Shown here one piece after another: positions 19,011 to 30,333 of a DNA stretch of 64,000 nucleotides; position 1 is the stretch's first letter; every line of letters starts with the position of its first letter. Below the pieces are notes generated by a model. That model was given only the letters and a program-made list of their open reading frames with translations, was not told the origin of the DNA and searched no databases. Both the position numbers and the translations under genes were made by a program. Source of the DNA: Obrimoposthia wandeli. Its lineage: Eukaryota. The stretch spans positions 62,001 to 126,000 of the forward strand of contig CDROCS010003797.1 of assembly GCA_977020255.1 (NCBI GenBank). Reading direction: 5' to 3'.

Positions 19011-19787
19011 TTAAAATTCTGTTTTTTTCATTCTACGTATAGAGCGTTCTATACGACTATTCTCTTGCGACATTTTTAATAATACTTCTTCAATAAAAGC
19101 TAAATGTCGATGGCTTGCTCCCCAAGCAACTTGGGGTTTACCACTAACAATCGCACTCATTAAACGAGTACGATAATCAGATATTTGACTAAATACATCG
19201 GGTCTTTTAGCCAAAATAGTTAAATTTTTCTCTATGTTATCAATCAGCAGCGGCGCCATGCTCTGCGCCAAATGTAAAATCACCACATTATGACTGGCGG
19301 CGCATATCGCTAAGTAAAACTCAAAAACAGCTTGCGCCTCAATACGGTAATTATCTTCTAGCTGCGCACTGCCAATATTGTCATGCTTGCGCTGAATTTC
19401 ATCGAAATCAGCTTCAGTACCACGCATAGCAGCATAATAAGCCGACATGCCTTCAATACCGTGACGAAATTCTAATAAGTCAAACTGCGATTCTTTATTA
19501 TTCGCCATTAATGCAAATAATGGATCTGACAAACCACCTAGAATTTTATCATTAACAAAAGTACCACCACCTTGACGACGAGTAATTAAGCCCTTCGCTT
19601 CAAGCTTTTGAATGGCTTCACGTAATGAAGGACGAGAAACGTCAAATTGTTTCGCCAGTTCACGTTCCGCAGGTAACTTTTGTCCGGGTTTTAAGCTCCC
19701 TTCAAGGATCATCGTCTCAAGCTGAGCCATAATAATATCTGATAGCTTGGCTTGCTTTACCGGTTTTTTAATACTCGGAATTGACAT
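19011..19787 (-). CDS. pdhR: Pyruvate dehydrogenase complex repressor (GntR/FadR family)
   Basis: GQKLPAERELAKQFDVSRPSLREAIQKLEAKGL helix-turn-helix; first gene of the aceEF-lpdA unit. Confidence 0.95.
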   Translation of the reverse strand: MSIPSIKKPVKQAKLSDIIMAQLETMILEGSLKPGQKLPAERELAKQFDVSRPSLREAIQKLEAKGLITRRQGGGTFVNDKILGGLSDPLFALMANNKESQFDLLEFRHGIEGMSAYYAAMRGTEADFDEIQRKHDNIGSAQLEDNYRIEAQAVFEFYLAICAASHNVVILHLAQSMAPLLIDNIEKNLTILAKRPDVFSQISDYRTRLMSAIVSGKPQVAWGASHRHLAFIEEVLLKMSQENSRIERSIRRMKKTEF

Positions 19788-19855
19788 CTAAAACCCTTTA
19801 TTATTCAAATTCATTGCATCTAAATACATTAATTTAATTAAAAAAACGCTTGGTA

Positions 19856-19872
19856 AATTGGTCTGACCATTC
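19856..19872. promoter_or_regulatory. PdhR operator
   Basis: AATTGGTCTGACCATTC closely matches the E. coli PdhR box AATTGGTnnnACCAATT, about 70 bp upstream of pdhR. Confidence 0.8.
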
Positions 19873-19998
19873 GTTTTTTCGACTCATAATGTAGCAAATG
19901 AATACTAACTTGTAAACCAGTGAGTAAAAAACAAGCAAAAATTTAGGTGGAATGAACCACCCCCGCGCTTAGGCTCAGATTAAAGTAGCTGCCGATAG

Positions 19999-20871
19999 CT
20001 AGGTTAATACACCCGTTAATATCAGTACGGATAGTATCGCTAGAAAAAGTAAGAGAGTTCGTTTAGCTAGCTTAACCAACAGACAAGGCTCTGAACTGCA
20101 GTCGTCTGCGTCAATCATATAATCCTCAGACATTTGAGCGACTTCGATCAACACCCGACTAGGGGCCTTTTCAAACTCGAAAAAGTTTTCTAGCCAGACC
20201 GGAAGAGCTTTTGAGAAATGGCCAACAAACATGTAGCCCAACGCGACCACTCTCACAGGCAACCAGTCAACCCAAAACAGCAGTTGCTGGTTTGCTTGGC
20301 AAGTGTGATCCCTGTCTTGAATATTTTCTTCGCTATTTTCATCATTAGCCGAACGGCTTTGATTGTCAGCGTACTCATTAACGGTGGTTAATAGCCGATA
20401 AAACAAGGCTCCTGCGGCACCAAATAAAACGAAAAACAGCATAACAGCAATAAAGTAACGATAATTTAGCCAAACCAATGTTTGGCCAAAGCCCATATCG
20501 GCAATATTTTTATCTTGCTGTAATTGCAAACGCTGAAGGTCGCAACTGGTCATTTCACCCTTAAATGCCGATTGTAAATAACATTTATAAGCTTCTCGGG
20601 TTTTTACACAACCAAAGCACATAATTAAGATCAACGTTGAGACGATTAAATACAGTAAAGCATTATCGATTTGCGCCAATAAGAAATAACAGCCCAGCAC
20701 TGGAATAAAAATCACCAGATAACTTAACATCGCTGAGTCGCGATAATCAGCAAAAAACTTAGTTTGCTTAAGCAGCGAGGCATAGCGTTGATAAAAAGTG
20801 TTAAATTGCCAAGCACTCGATGATAAATATCGCTCAGCAATCAGCGCAATTAACAAACTAATTAAACTCAT
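19999..20871 (-). CDS. ampE: Beta-lactamase regulator AmpE-like membrane protein
   Basis: Multi-TM protein with RYFIAVMLFFVLFG and WVDWLPVR motifs; downstream of ampD. Confidence 0.85.
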   Translation of the reverse strand: MSLISLLIALIAERYLSSSAWQFNTFYQRYASLLKQTKFFADYRDSAMLSYLVIFIPVLGCYFLLAQIDNALLYLIVSTLILIMCFGCVKTREAYKCYLQSAFKGEMTSCDLQRLQLQQDKNIADMGFGQTLVWLNYRYFIAVMLFFVLFGAAGALFYRLLTTVNEYADNQSRSANDENSEENIQDRDHTCQANQQLLFWVDWLPVRVVALGYMFVGHFSKALPVWLENFFEFEKAPSRVLIEVAQMSEDYMIDADDCSSEPCLLVKLAKRTLLLFLAILSVLILTGVLT

Positions 20872-21021
20872 TTTTTAATTATCCTATGTTAAATAAAATT
20901 TTTATTTTCTGCTTATTAAAAAAATAGAAAGATCGTTGCCCGTTAAAAAGCCAATCCACTCGCCGTGAGTATTTTGGGTTTTACTGACAGCTCAAAACGG
21001 GTTGCTGCCAACTAACAAAGA

Positions 21022-21618
21022 TCAATCCCTTTCAAGTGTTAACCTAAAGTGCTGCCAGTCAAATACTGCTCCGGGATCTGTTTTACGCCCAGGAGCAATA
21101 TCGCAATGACCAACAATATTATCTTTTAATGCTGGGTAAACAACCATTAGCGTTTTACTTAGCTGACTAAGCTGCTGGTATTGCTCTTTAGTATATGGAA
21201 TATCATCTGTGCCTTCCAACTCAATACCAATAGAAAAGTCATTACATTTATCTCTATCTTGATAACGAGAAACGCCTGCATGCCAAGCTTTATCATTAAA
21301 TGAGACATATTGCACAATATCGCCATTACGCTTGATCAGGCAATGTGCTGATACCCTAATGTTATATATAGTTTCAAAATAAGGGTCTATTGTCGGATCT
21401 AAATGACCAAGAAAAAAGTCAGTGACATAATTATTGCCAAACTGTCCAGGTGGTAGTGAAATATTATGCACAACGAGTAAACTAATACTTTCGTTTTCAT
21501 TTCTTGGTTCAAAGTGGCTAGAAGGTTGAATGTCAACACCAGCTAACCAACCGTTATTAATGACCTGTTTTGTAGTATCTGTCCGATTATCTGGTCGGCT
21601 ATTTTTCAACATTATCAT
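21022..21618 (-). CDS. ampD: 1,6-anhydro-N-acetylmuramyl-L-alanine amidase
   Basis: LLVVHNISLPPG, VSAHCLI, AWHAGVS, NDFSIGIELEG, GHCDIAPGRKTDPG. Exact start uncertain. Confidence 0.95.
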   Translation of the reverse strand: MIMLKNSRPDNRTDTTKQVINNGWLAGVDIQPSSHFEPRNENESISLLVVHNISLPPGQFGNNYVTDFFLGHLDPTIDPYFETIYNIRVSAHCLIKRNGDIVQYVSFNDKAWHAGVSRYQDRDKCNDFSIGIELEGTDDIPYTKEQYQQLSQLSKTLMVVYPALKDNIVGHCDIAPGRKTDPGAVFDWQHFRLTLERD

Positions 21619-21708
21619 ACAATAATCGCCATCATGTTTATCCTAACGCTATTAAATAGTAAAGTAGGCAATAGGACAAGCTATCAACTTAAGATCAATA
21701 CACTACTT

Positions 21709-22230
21709 ATGACTGAAAATGACACCTCAACAAGCTTTGGAAAATATTTTATTTGGGTCGCTTGGATTCTTGGCATTGCGCTCTTAGTTTTTGTTTTTCA
21801 AGACTTACTCGATGAACAATACAATCCAAACCAGGACCCTAAACTGTCATTGCAAAACAATGGCAAAGCGCAAGTAACTTTGCAACAAAACCGACAAGGC
21901 CATTATGTTACCAACGGTGCTATTAACGGTACTAATGTTACTTTTTTACTCGATACCGGTGCGACTCAAGTATCAATACCTGGCCATATCGCTGAAGAGT
22001 TATCCTTGCAAGCCGGCGATAAATATCGAGTGCAAACGGCCAATGGCACTATCACCGTTTATCAAACCGAGTTAAATGAATTACGTATTGGCAATATCTA
22101 TCTGTATAATGTTGCCGCACATATCAACCCGAGTATGGCTGCAGACGAAATTCTGTTGGGCATGAGTGCCCTAAAAAGAGTAGAATTTAGCCAAACCGGA
22201 AAACAACTTATTTTACGAGAGCAGCTTTAG
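21709..22230 (+). CDS. Clan AA (retropepsin-like) aspartic protease, TIGR02281-like
   Basis: FLLDTGAT catalytic motif, QTANG, ILLGMSAL; N-terminal TM. Start placed at ATG 21709 (ORF track frame opens at 21634). Confidence 0.85.
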   Translation: MTENDTSTSFGKYFIWVAWILGIALLVFVFQDLLDEQYNPNQDPKLSLQNNGKAQVTLQQNRQGHYVTNGAINGTNVTFLLDTGATQVSIPGHIAEELSLQAGDKYRVQTANGTITVYQTELNELRIGNIYLYNVAAHINPSMAADEILLGMSALKRVEFSQTGKQLILREQL

Positions 22231-23118
<888 letters not shown>

Positions 23119-23417
23119 ATAGTTAATGAGTTAATTTGTGCAGGTCAAACCCAATGTCGACCTGCACAAGCGATTGAATTTCAACAGCCTTATATATTTA
23201 ACTTCACCACGAGTAGCAAACGCCTTCAGCACTCAACTATAGCTATCCCCAAGTCAGTAATAACCGACTAAAATTGTAAATATTGACTCCAACGTCAGTA
23301 AAAAGCCCAACAAAGTGTTACGCACACCAAAATAATCCGACACAATATTTTACATTTGGTTACTTTTGAACCAGTATTATTTTTAACCACCGCAATAATA
23401 TATGGGAATAACTGATC

Positions 23418-23900
23418 ATGAAAAAGACATTACAAAACTTTAATATGAAGAAAAAATCTCAAGGCTTTACACTGATTGAATTGATGATCGTTGTAGCGAT
23501 CATCGGTATATTAGCTGCGGTAGCATTACCGGCTTATCAAAGTTATACAACAAAAGCTAGATATACAGAAGTTGTTTTAGCTGCAACACCAGCAAAAACA
23601 GCTGTAGATATTTGTATTCAAACGGGTACTCAATGCGATAGATTCAATAGCGTTGCCACAAATTGGAATGCAGCACCGACAGTTACAAGTGTTGTAGTTG
23701 ACCTAGAAACAGAAGATACTACTAATGATAATGTTGATAACCCGACACTTGTTTCAGATGGTGATGTCACTATTACGGTAACTTCTGATGCTAACTCTTT
23801 TGGTGGTTCTGAATACACCTACATATTAACAGCTACTCAAGCTAATGGTTCTGCAACTTGGGCGAAATCTGGGACTTGTATCGCAGCAGGTCTTTGTTAA
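23418..23900 (+). CDS. pilA: Type IVa major pilin
   Basis: [27 protein letters not shown] prepilin cleavage motif with Glu5; Cys pairs; upstream of pilBCD. Confidence 0.95.
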   Translation: MKKTLQNFNMKKKSQGFTLIELMIVVAIIGILAAVALPAYQSYTTKARYTEVVLAATPAKTAVDICIQTGTQCDRFNSVATNWNAAPTVTSVVVDLETEDTTNDNVDNPTLVSDGDVTITVTSDANSFGGSEYTYILTATQANGSATWAKSGTCIAAGLC

Positions 23901-23931
23901 TATTTTAAAGTCAAAAATTTTATTAATAACT

Positions 23932-23953
23932 AAAGCCCTTCTGGGCTTTTTTT
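23932..23953 (+). terminator. Intrinsic terminator after pilA
   Basis: AAAGCCC-TTCT-GGGCTTT followed by a T-tract. Confidence 0.85.
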
Positions 23954-24039
23954 ACGTTGAAAATTCAATGTTGTTTTTGTTTTTTAACGTAAAACTAAGC
24001 TAGACTAAAAACAAATAAATTTAAATTTTGCAAGGTGAT

Positions 24040-25746
24040 ATGAAAGGTCTTCACCAACAATCAAGCCTACTTTTGGCGCTAACTAAACATCATATTGTAC
24101 CTAGCGAGATGGTGAGTAAAATTAGTGCGGGTTTTATTCAGCAAAAAAAACCTTTTGTACGATATTTAGTTGAAGACAACAGCATTAATGCCGAGGCCAT
24201 TGCCGCCACTCTTTCTCATAGTTTTGGCTACCCCTTGATAGAGCTAAAAGACTTTGATACCAGTTTAGTTCCTGATGGCGTACGAAACGAAAAATTAATC
24301 AGAAAGCATCATGCACTACCGCTATTCTTACGCGGAAAAGTATTATTTGTTGCGATGTCGGATCCAACAAATCATGATGCGTTAGAAGAAATACAATTCA
24401 ATACTGGCTTTTCTACTGAGTTAGTACTCGCCAATGAAAAAGATCTTAGCCGTTGTATTGAACGGGTGTTAGAAGCGGATAGTGATGCTTTAGACATCAC
24501 TGATATGGATACTGCAGAATTAGCCGGTATCGATATCCAAGATGAACATCAAGAAGACGATGATATTGGCGGTAGCGATAAAGAAGATGCACCGATTGTT
24601 GTCTATATTAACAAAATATTACTCGACGCTATTCGCAAGGGTGCCTCTGATTTACATTTCGAACCCTATGAAAAATCTTTCCGTATTCGTTTTCGTATAG
24701 ATGGTATTTTAACCGAAGTCGCTAAACCACCGATATCTCTAGCATCACGCATGGCCGCACGTTTGAAGGTAATGTCAAAGCTTGATATTGCTGAACGCCG
24801 TGTGCCACAAGATGGTCGAATTAAGCTCGCGCTGTCGAAAAAGAAATCAATCGATTTTCGTGTCAGTACTTTACCGACTATGTGGGGTGAAAAAGTGGTT
24901 ATGCGTATTCTTGATTCCTCCAGCGCTATGCTAGGTATCGAGATGTTAGGCTACGCTCCTGAGCAAAAAAAAATCTATATGGACGCCTTAGCTCAGCCCC
25001 AAGGTATGATACTGGTCACCGGCCCGACCGGTTCAGGTAAAACAGTATCACTGTACACTGGGTTAAATATTCTAAATACTGAAGAGCGTAATATTTCAAC
25101 CGCGGAAGATCCGGTTGAAATTAACCTTGAAGGTATTAATCAGGTACAAATAAATACCCGTGCAGGCCTAACTTTTCCAAACGCTCTGCGCTCATTCTTA
25201 CGCCAAGATCCTGATATAATTATGGTCGGTGAAATTCGCGATTTAGAAACCGCAGAAATTGCCATTAAAGCAGCACAAACGGGTCACTTAGTCTTATCAA
25301 CATTACATACTAACTCTGCAGCAGAAACCTTGACTCGATTATTGAATATGGGCGTTCCTTCTTATAACGTTGCCAGCTCGGTCACAATTATTATTGCTCA
25401 ACGACTTGCAAGACGATTATGTATTAAATGTAAAGCGCCTGAACATATTCCTAACAATGAACTACTTACTCAGGGTTTTTTAGCTGAGCAACTCTCTAAC
25501 ATTACTTTATATAAACCTGTGGGTTGTGATGCATGTACTGGCGGTTATAAAGGGCGAGTGGGTGTATATGAGGTCATAAAAATTAGTGAAACTACCGCTA
25601 ATTTAATTATGACAGGAGCGAACTCCTTAGATATTGGCGCTCAATGCCAGCGAGAAGGTTATAATACTCTCCGCCAATCAGGGCTAGAAAAAGCAGCCTT
25701 AGGAGTCACTAGCTTAGAAGAAATTAACCGAGTGACCAGTTCATAA
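24040..25746 (+). CDS. pilB: Type IV-A pilus assembly ATPase
   Basis: [16 protein letters not shown], Walker [30 protein letters not shown], Zn Cys motifs. ATG at 24040 preferred over TTG 24028. Confidence 0.97.
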   Translation: MKGLHQQSSLLLALTKHHIVPSEMVSKISAGFIQQKKPFVRYLVEDNSINAEAIAATLSHSFGYPLIELKDFDTSLVPDGVRNEKLIRKHHALPLFLRGKVLFVAMSDPTNHDALEEIQFNTGFSTELVLANEKDLSRCIERVLEADSDALDITDMDTAELAGIDIQDEHQEDDDIGGSDKEDAPIVVYINKILLDAIRKGASDLHFEPYEKSFRIRFRIDGILTEVAKPPISLASRMAARLKVMSKLDIAERRVPQDGRIKLALSKKKSIDFRVSTLPTMWGEKVVMRILDSSSAMLGIEMLGYAPEQKKIYMDALAQPQGMILVTGPTGSGKTVSLYTGLNILNTEERNISTAEDPVEINLEGINQVQINTRAGLTFPNALRSFLRQDPDIIMVGEIRDLETAEIAIKAAQTGHLVLSTLHTNSAAETLTRLLNMGVPSYNVASSVTIIIAQRLARRLCIKCKAPEHIPNNELLTQGFLAEQLSNITLYKPVGCDACTGGYKGRVGVYEVIKISETTANLIMTGANSLDIGAQCQREGYNTLRQSGLEKAALGVTSLEEINRVTSS

Positions 25747-25938
25747 TACCTGAAAGTCTCCTCTTAACTTATGACTAACCAAGTGGTTAAAAGCTAAGTT
25801 ATGAATCACAATTAGTTATCGTTAGTGCGGACAGTGATTCATAAAAATCTCATGATTCAACCATAATAAGTTACTGGAACATTAAAAACGCTCACCAAGT
25901 AAATAGTTTCTAAATCCTCAAAACAATAAAGTTAGGTT

Positions 25939-27201
25939 ATGCAAATGGCTATTTCTTCTACAATGAAAAAAAAAGATAAAAAAAGTAAAGTTAAAATACT
26001 TGATATCTATAAATGGCAGGGCTTAAATCGAAAAGGTAAAAAAGTAGGTGGTGAGCTCAATGCTAACAGCATACTAGAATTAAAAGCTCAACTACGTAAA
26101 CAAGGTATTACACCAGGAAGAATCAGTAAAAAAGCCAAACCTCTTTTCGGTATAGGCGGCGATAAAAAAATATTGCCCGTTGATATTGCTGTGTTAACTC
26201 GCCAGATAGCCACTATGTTAGGTGCCGGTGTCCCCTTAGTGCAAACAATTGAAATGATTGGTTCGGGTCATAACAATGGCAATATGCAAAAGCTATTGGC
26301 GACTATCAGCAATAAATTACAATCGGGTATCCCACTTTCTGAATGCTTACGTGAGCACCCAGCCTATTTTGACGATCTGTATTGTGACCTAGTCAACTCT
26401 GGCGAGCAGTCGGGCGCATTAGAAACCATCTATGACCGTGTTGCCACCTATAAAGAAAAAGCCGAGCAGCTAAAAGCTAAGATAAAAAAAGCAATGACCT
26501 ACCCTATTGCGGTATTAGTTATCGCCTTTGTTGTCACCTCCGTATTATTAATATTCGTCGTGCCGGTATTTAAAGATATATTTGATAGCTTTGGTGCTGA
26601 GTTACCTGGCTTTACCTTATTTGTACTGGCCATTTCTGAGTTTATGCAAGCTTATTGGTATTTTGGTCTTGGTGGTATTTTTCTTGCTATTTTCTTATTT
26701 AAAAAAGCACACTTAAACAGCCAAAGTTTTCGTGATAGTGTCGATAGAAAAATATTGAAAACCCCTATTGTGGGTGATGTTTTGAAAAAGGCTGCTGTTG
26801 CTCGTTATGCTCGAACATTATCGACCACTTTTGCTGCCGGTGTACCTTTGCCTGATGCCTTAGAGTCGGCCGCTGGAGCTTCCGGTAATGCGGTGTTTCG
26901 TGAAGCGATTTTAGATATTCGCGCTGAAGTCATCTCTGGCATGCAAATGAACTTGGCCATGCGTAATTGTGCGATTTTTCCAGATATGGTTATTCAAATG
27001 GTTGCTATCGGTGAAGAATCAGGTGCCGTTGATGACATGCTAGCCAAAGTGGCGACCGTTTATGAGCAAGAAGTCGATAATGCCGTTGATAATTTAACCA
27101 CCTTACTTGAGCCCATGATCATGGCAGTTCTTGGCGTTGTTATCGGTGGCTTAATCATTGCGATGTATTTGCCAATATTCCAAATTGGTATGGTAGTGTA
27201 G
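25939..27201 (+). CDS. pilC: Type IV pilus platform protein (GspF family)
   Basis: GEQSGALE, KIKKAMTYP, GEESGAVDDML, LLEPMIM...AMYLPIF. Confidence 0.96.
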   Translation: MQMAISSTMKKKDKKSKVKILDIYKWQGLNRKGKKVGGELNANSILELKAQLRKQGITPGRISKKAKPLFGIGGDKKILPVDIAVLTRQIATMLGAGVPLVQTIEMIGSGHNNGNMQKLLATISNKLQSGIPLSECLREHPAYFDDLYCDLVNSGEQSGALETIYDRVATYKEKAEQLKAKIKKAMTYPIAVLVIAFVVTSVLLIFVVPVFKDIFDSFGAELPGFTLFVLAISEFMQAYWYFGLGGIFLAIFLFKKAHLNSQSFRDSVDRKILKTPIVGDVLKKAAVARYARTLSTTFAAGVPLPDALESAAGASGNAVFREAILDIRAEVISGMQMNLAMRNCAIFPDMVIQMVAIGEESGAVDDMLAKVATVYEQEVDNAVDNLTTLLEPMIMAVLGVVIGGLIIAMYLPIFQIGMVV

Positions 27202-27264
27202 ATCATTCAACGCTATGATACGGTGAAACAAAGCTCAATTTAATGCTTTATTTAATACTTAAAG

Positions 27265-27288
27265 AAACGATGCTAGCCATCGTTTTTT
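27265..27288 (+). terminator. Possible intrinsic terminator after pilC
   Basis: AAACGATG-CTAGC-CATCGTTT followed by Ts. Confidence 0.65.
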
Positions 27289-27411
27289 AATTGCTAAAAA
27301 TAGTATAATTCATAGGCTAATTTAAAAGTAATTGCCCTTGAGTTACGTCATGCATGATTATGTCTTTCATGCAGGGCAATTTTATAAAAACTTTACACTA
27401 AGGCTATTACC

Positions 27412-28293
27412 TTGACTGAATTCATCGCATTATTGTCTCATTCATCGACATTATTTTTCACCCTTGTTTTTGTTTTTTCTTTAGTTATTGGCAGTTTTTT
27501 GAATGTGGTTATTTATCGCTTACCTAAAATGCTAGAACAAGGCTGGAAAAGAGAATGTCGTGAATTTTTAGCTGATGAATTAGCTAAGCCAATAAAAATC
27601 AATGATGAACCCATCACCCTGTCAACACCTTGCTCTAGCTGCCCGTCATGCCAACATAAAATTCGTTTTTATGAAAATATTCCTGTTATTAGCTGGTTGT
27701 TTCTTCGTGGTAAATGCAGCCAGTGCAAAACAAAAATATCGCTGCGTTATCCCTTAGTAGAATTAACAACGGCAGTCTTGAGTGTTGTTATTGCTGCCTA
27801 TTATGGTGTGACATTAACGACATTATTTTTACTGGTATTAACCTGGGGCTTAATTTGTTTAACCTTAATAGATTTTGATCATATGTTATTACCAGACCAA
27901 ATAACCATGCCACTATTATGGCTAGGTTTATTAGTTAATATTAATGGCGATATTGTGCCGTTAAGTGACGCTGTCATTGGTGCTGTTGCAGGATATATGA
28001 GCTTATTTAGTATCTTCTGGCTCTTTAAATTAATCACAGGTAAAGAAGGCATGGGGCACGGTGATTTCAAACTAGTCGCACTATTTGGTGCTTGGATCGG
28101 CTGGCAGTTACTACCATTACTTATTTTAATGGCGTCTGCCGTTGGCGCTGTGATCGGTATCGGTTTAATCGTGTTTAAAAAGCATCAACGAGAACAAGCA
28201 ATTCCATTTGGTCCATATTTAGCCATTGCTGGTTTTATTACTTTGTTATGGGGTAACGGTATTTGGTCTTGGTATTTAAGCTCTCTAACCTAA
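27412..28293 (+). CDS. pilD: Prepilin peptidase / N-methyltransferase
   Basis: GSFLNVVIYRLP, CPSC/CSQC Cys cluster, LIDFDHMLLPD, GMGHGDFKL, IPFGPYL. Confidence 0.97.
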   Translation: MTEFIALLSHSSTLFFTLVFVFSLVIGSFLNVVIYRLPKMLEQGWKRECREFLADELAKPIKINDEPITLSTPCSSCPSCQHKIRFYENIPVISWLFLRGKCSQCKTKISLRYPLVELTTAVLSVVIAAYYGVTLTTLFLLVLTWGLICLTLIDFDHMLLPDQITMPLLWLGLLVNINGDIVPLSDAVIGAVAGYMSLFSIFWLFKLITGKEGMGHGDFKLVALFGAWIGWQLLPLLILMASAVGAVIGIGLIVFKKHQREQAIPFGPYLAIAGFITLLWGNGIWSWYLSSLT

Positions 28294-28384
28294 ATCAAGC
28301 GAACAACGAGTCATCACAAAATATGCTGTTGATAGTCGAGTCAGCAGTACTGTTAAATAACCCATCAACATAAGTAGGAAAACT

Positions 28385-28996
28385 ATGTCACAATTTATTG
28401 TTGGTTTAACAGGTGGTATCGGAAGCGGTAAAACCACAGTAACTAATATTTTCGCAGAGCTAGGCATCGATATTATCGACGCAGATATTGCTGCTCGTAT
28501 TGTTGTCCAGCCCGGTAGTAAAGCGCTTATTGCCATTGCTCAGCATTTTGGTAATGACTATATTAATGATGCAGGTCAGCTAGATAGAACAAAGCTGCGT
28601 AGTAGGATTTTTAGTACCCCTGCAGATAAGTCTTGGCTAAATAGCTTGTTACACCCTCTCATTCGTCAAGAGATTCTAGCCCAAATAGCGAGTTCAACTA
28701 GCGACTACTGTATATTAGTTGCACCGTTACTTTTAGAGAATAACTTACAGAAGTTAGTCAACCGTGTTTTAGTTGTCGATATTGAAGAAAAAAGCCAAAT
28801 TGAACGAACAGTTGCACGCGATCCAAGTTCATCAGAAGAAGTCGAACGCATCATAGCAAGCCAACTACCAAGAACAGAACGTCTTAGTTTTGCTGACGAC
28901 ATCATCGACAATCAAAATGTTACTTTAGAGCAAGTCCGTCAACAAGTAACCGAATTAGACACGCGATATAAAGCGCTCTTCAATTGTCCTGTATAA
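28385..28996 (+). CDS. coaE: Dephospho-CoA kinase
   Basis: GLTGGIGSGKT P-loop, DADIAAR, LNSLLHPLI; conserved position after pilD. Confidence 0.96.
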   Translation: MSQFIVGLTGGIGSGKTTVTNIFAELGIDIIDADIAARIVVQPGSKALIAIAQHFGNDYINDAGQLDRTKLRSRIFSTPADKSWLNSLLHPLIRQEILAQIASSTSDYCILVAPLLLENNLQKLVNRVLVVDIEEKSQIERTVARDPSSSEEVERIIASQLPRTERLSFADDIIDNQNVTLEQVRQQVTELDTRYKALFNCPV

Positions 28997-29101
28997 ATAG
29001 TGTTATAAAATGTTACTTTTAATAAAATAATTCGCCATTTTGCTTAGCTATAGTTACTATGAAGGTATAAATCACTCTTTTATCACACAAGTTTCAAATT
29101 A

Positions 29102-29848
29102 ATGACTGCAATACTGTATGAACATCCGCTCAACGAGCGTATACGTAACTATTTAAAACTTGAGCAGTTATTTGTTCAAGCTGCTGATTGTTTACAATAC
29201 AATATTGTCAGTAGCCATAGTGTATTTTTTAATGCCCTATTTGCTATTTTAGATACCTTGGAACGTAATGATATTCGTGGCGATCTTCTGAAAGATTTAG
29301 AAAAGTTAGAACAAAATTTGGTCGTTTGGTCGCAAGTACCCGATATTGATAACGCTGCACTTGAAGAAAACTTAAAGCAAACAGTTCAACTATCAACCAA
29401 GTTGAAGACTACAAATCCTCAATGGTTTCAGCTTAAGTCTGATAAGTTCTTAACGGGTCTAAAACAGCGCTTTGTTATTCAAGGAGGAAGTTCTCTTTTT
29501 GATCTACCCCAATTACAATTTATGTTGAATCAGCCTTTGGCGCAAGTTGAAAGCCAGTGCCAACATTGGCTTTTGCTTCTCACCCAGATTAATGAAGCAT
29601 TAAGCTTGATACTTAAATTTGTTCGTCAACGTGCGGTATTCAAACAAATTGCTACAGAGAGCGGCTTTTATCAAGATAATGGTGAAGGCTTAATACTACT
29701 GCGTATTAAAGTCGCTGATAATTGTCCATTTTATCCAACAATTAGTGGTAATCGCTTTCGCTACTCTATTCGTTTCATGATGCCTTGTGAAGAAGCGGGT
29801 CGTAAATACGCTAAACAAGCGATGACTTTCCAATTAGCCCAGTGCTAG
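29102..29848 (+). CDS. zapD: Cell division protein ZapD
   Basis: YEHPLNERIRNYLKLEQLF N-terminus, FYPTISGNRFRYSIRFM; coaE-zapD-yacG synteny. Confidence 0.93.
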   Translation: MTAILYEHPLNERIRNYLKLEQLFVQAADCLQYNIVSSHSVFFNALFAILDTLERNDIRGDLLKDLEKLEQNLVVWSQVPDIDNAALEENLKQTVQLSTKLKTTNPQWFQLKSDKFLTGLKQRFVIQGGSSLFDLPQLQFMLNQPLAQVESQCQHWLLLLTQINEALSLILKFVRQRAVFKQIATESGFYQDNGEGLILLRIKVADNCPFYPTISGNRFRYSIRFMMPCEEAGRKYAKQAMTFQLAQC

Positions 29849-30070
29849 TGATAAAATAGCTCTCTAAACATCTATTAACATTATAATTTTAGCTGTAATC
29901 ATGATTAAGATTATCGAGTTAAACCGCGTTAATTCAATTGCTAGACTTTAGCCTTTGCTAATCTTACTATAAAACTTACCATTTCAATCTTACGCTTATG
30001 CTTTCTACTAGCCGCCCAATAAAAACTCTCTTATAATGATGTTATTATTTACTAGCCAATAACCATTATT

Positions 30071-30307
30071 ATGACATTAACAGTATCTTGCCCCACTTGT
30101 AAAAAATCAGTCGTATGGCAAGACGAGAGTCAATATCGCCCATTTTGTAGTAAACGTTGTCAGTTAATTGATATTGGCGATTGGGCTGATGAAAACCATA
30201 AAATCAGCCAACCGATTCAAGGCGCTGTAGATTTAAATGAAGAGATGCTTGATGCTTTAGAAGATCAATTTCTGCAACATAATAAGTTCTTCGTCGAACC
30301 TGAATAA
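30071..30307 (+). CDS. yacG: DNA gyrase inhibitor YacG
   Basis: CPTC...[17 protein letters not shown] zinc finger. Confidence 0.95.
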   Translation: MTLTVSCPTCKKSVVWQDESQYRPFCSKRCQLIDIGDWADENHKISQPIQGAVDLNEEMLDALEDQFLQHNKFFVEPE

Positions 30308-30333
30308 TGCCCCCAGTATTCATTACAACAAAC

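Noticed and set aside
23119-23417. Sigma-54 promoter or PilR sites upstream of pilA
   Set aside because: No correctly spaced GG-N10-GC found; GTCAGTAA repeats are suggestive but too weak to call.
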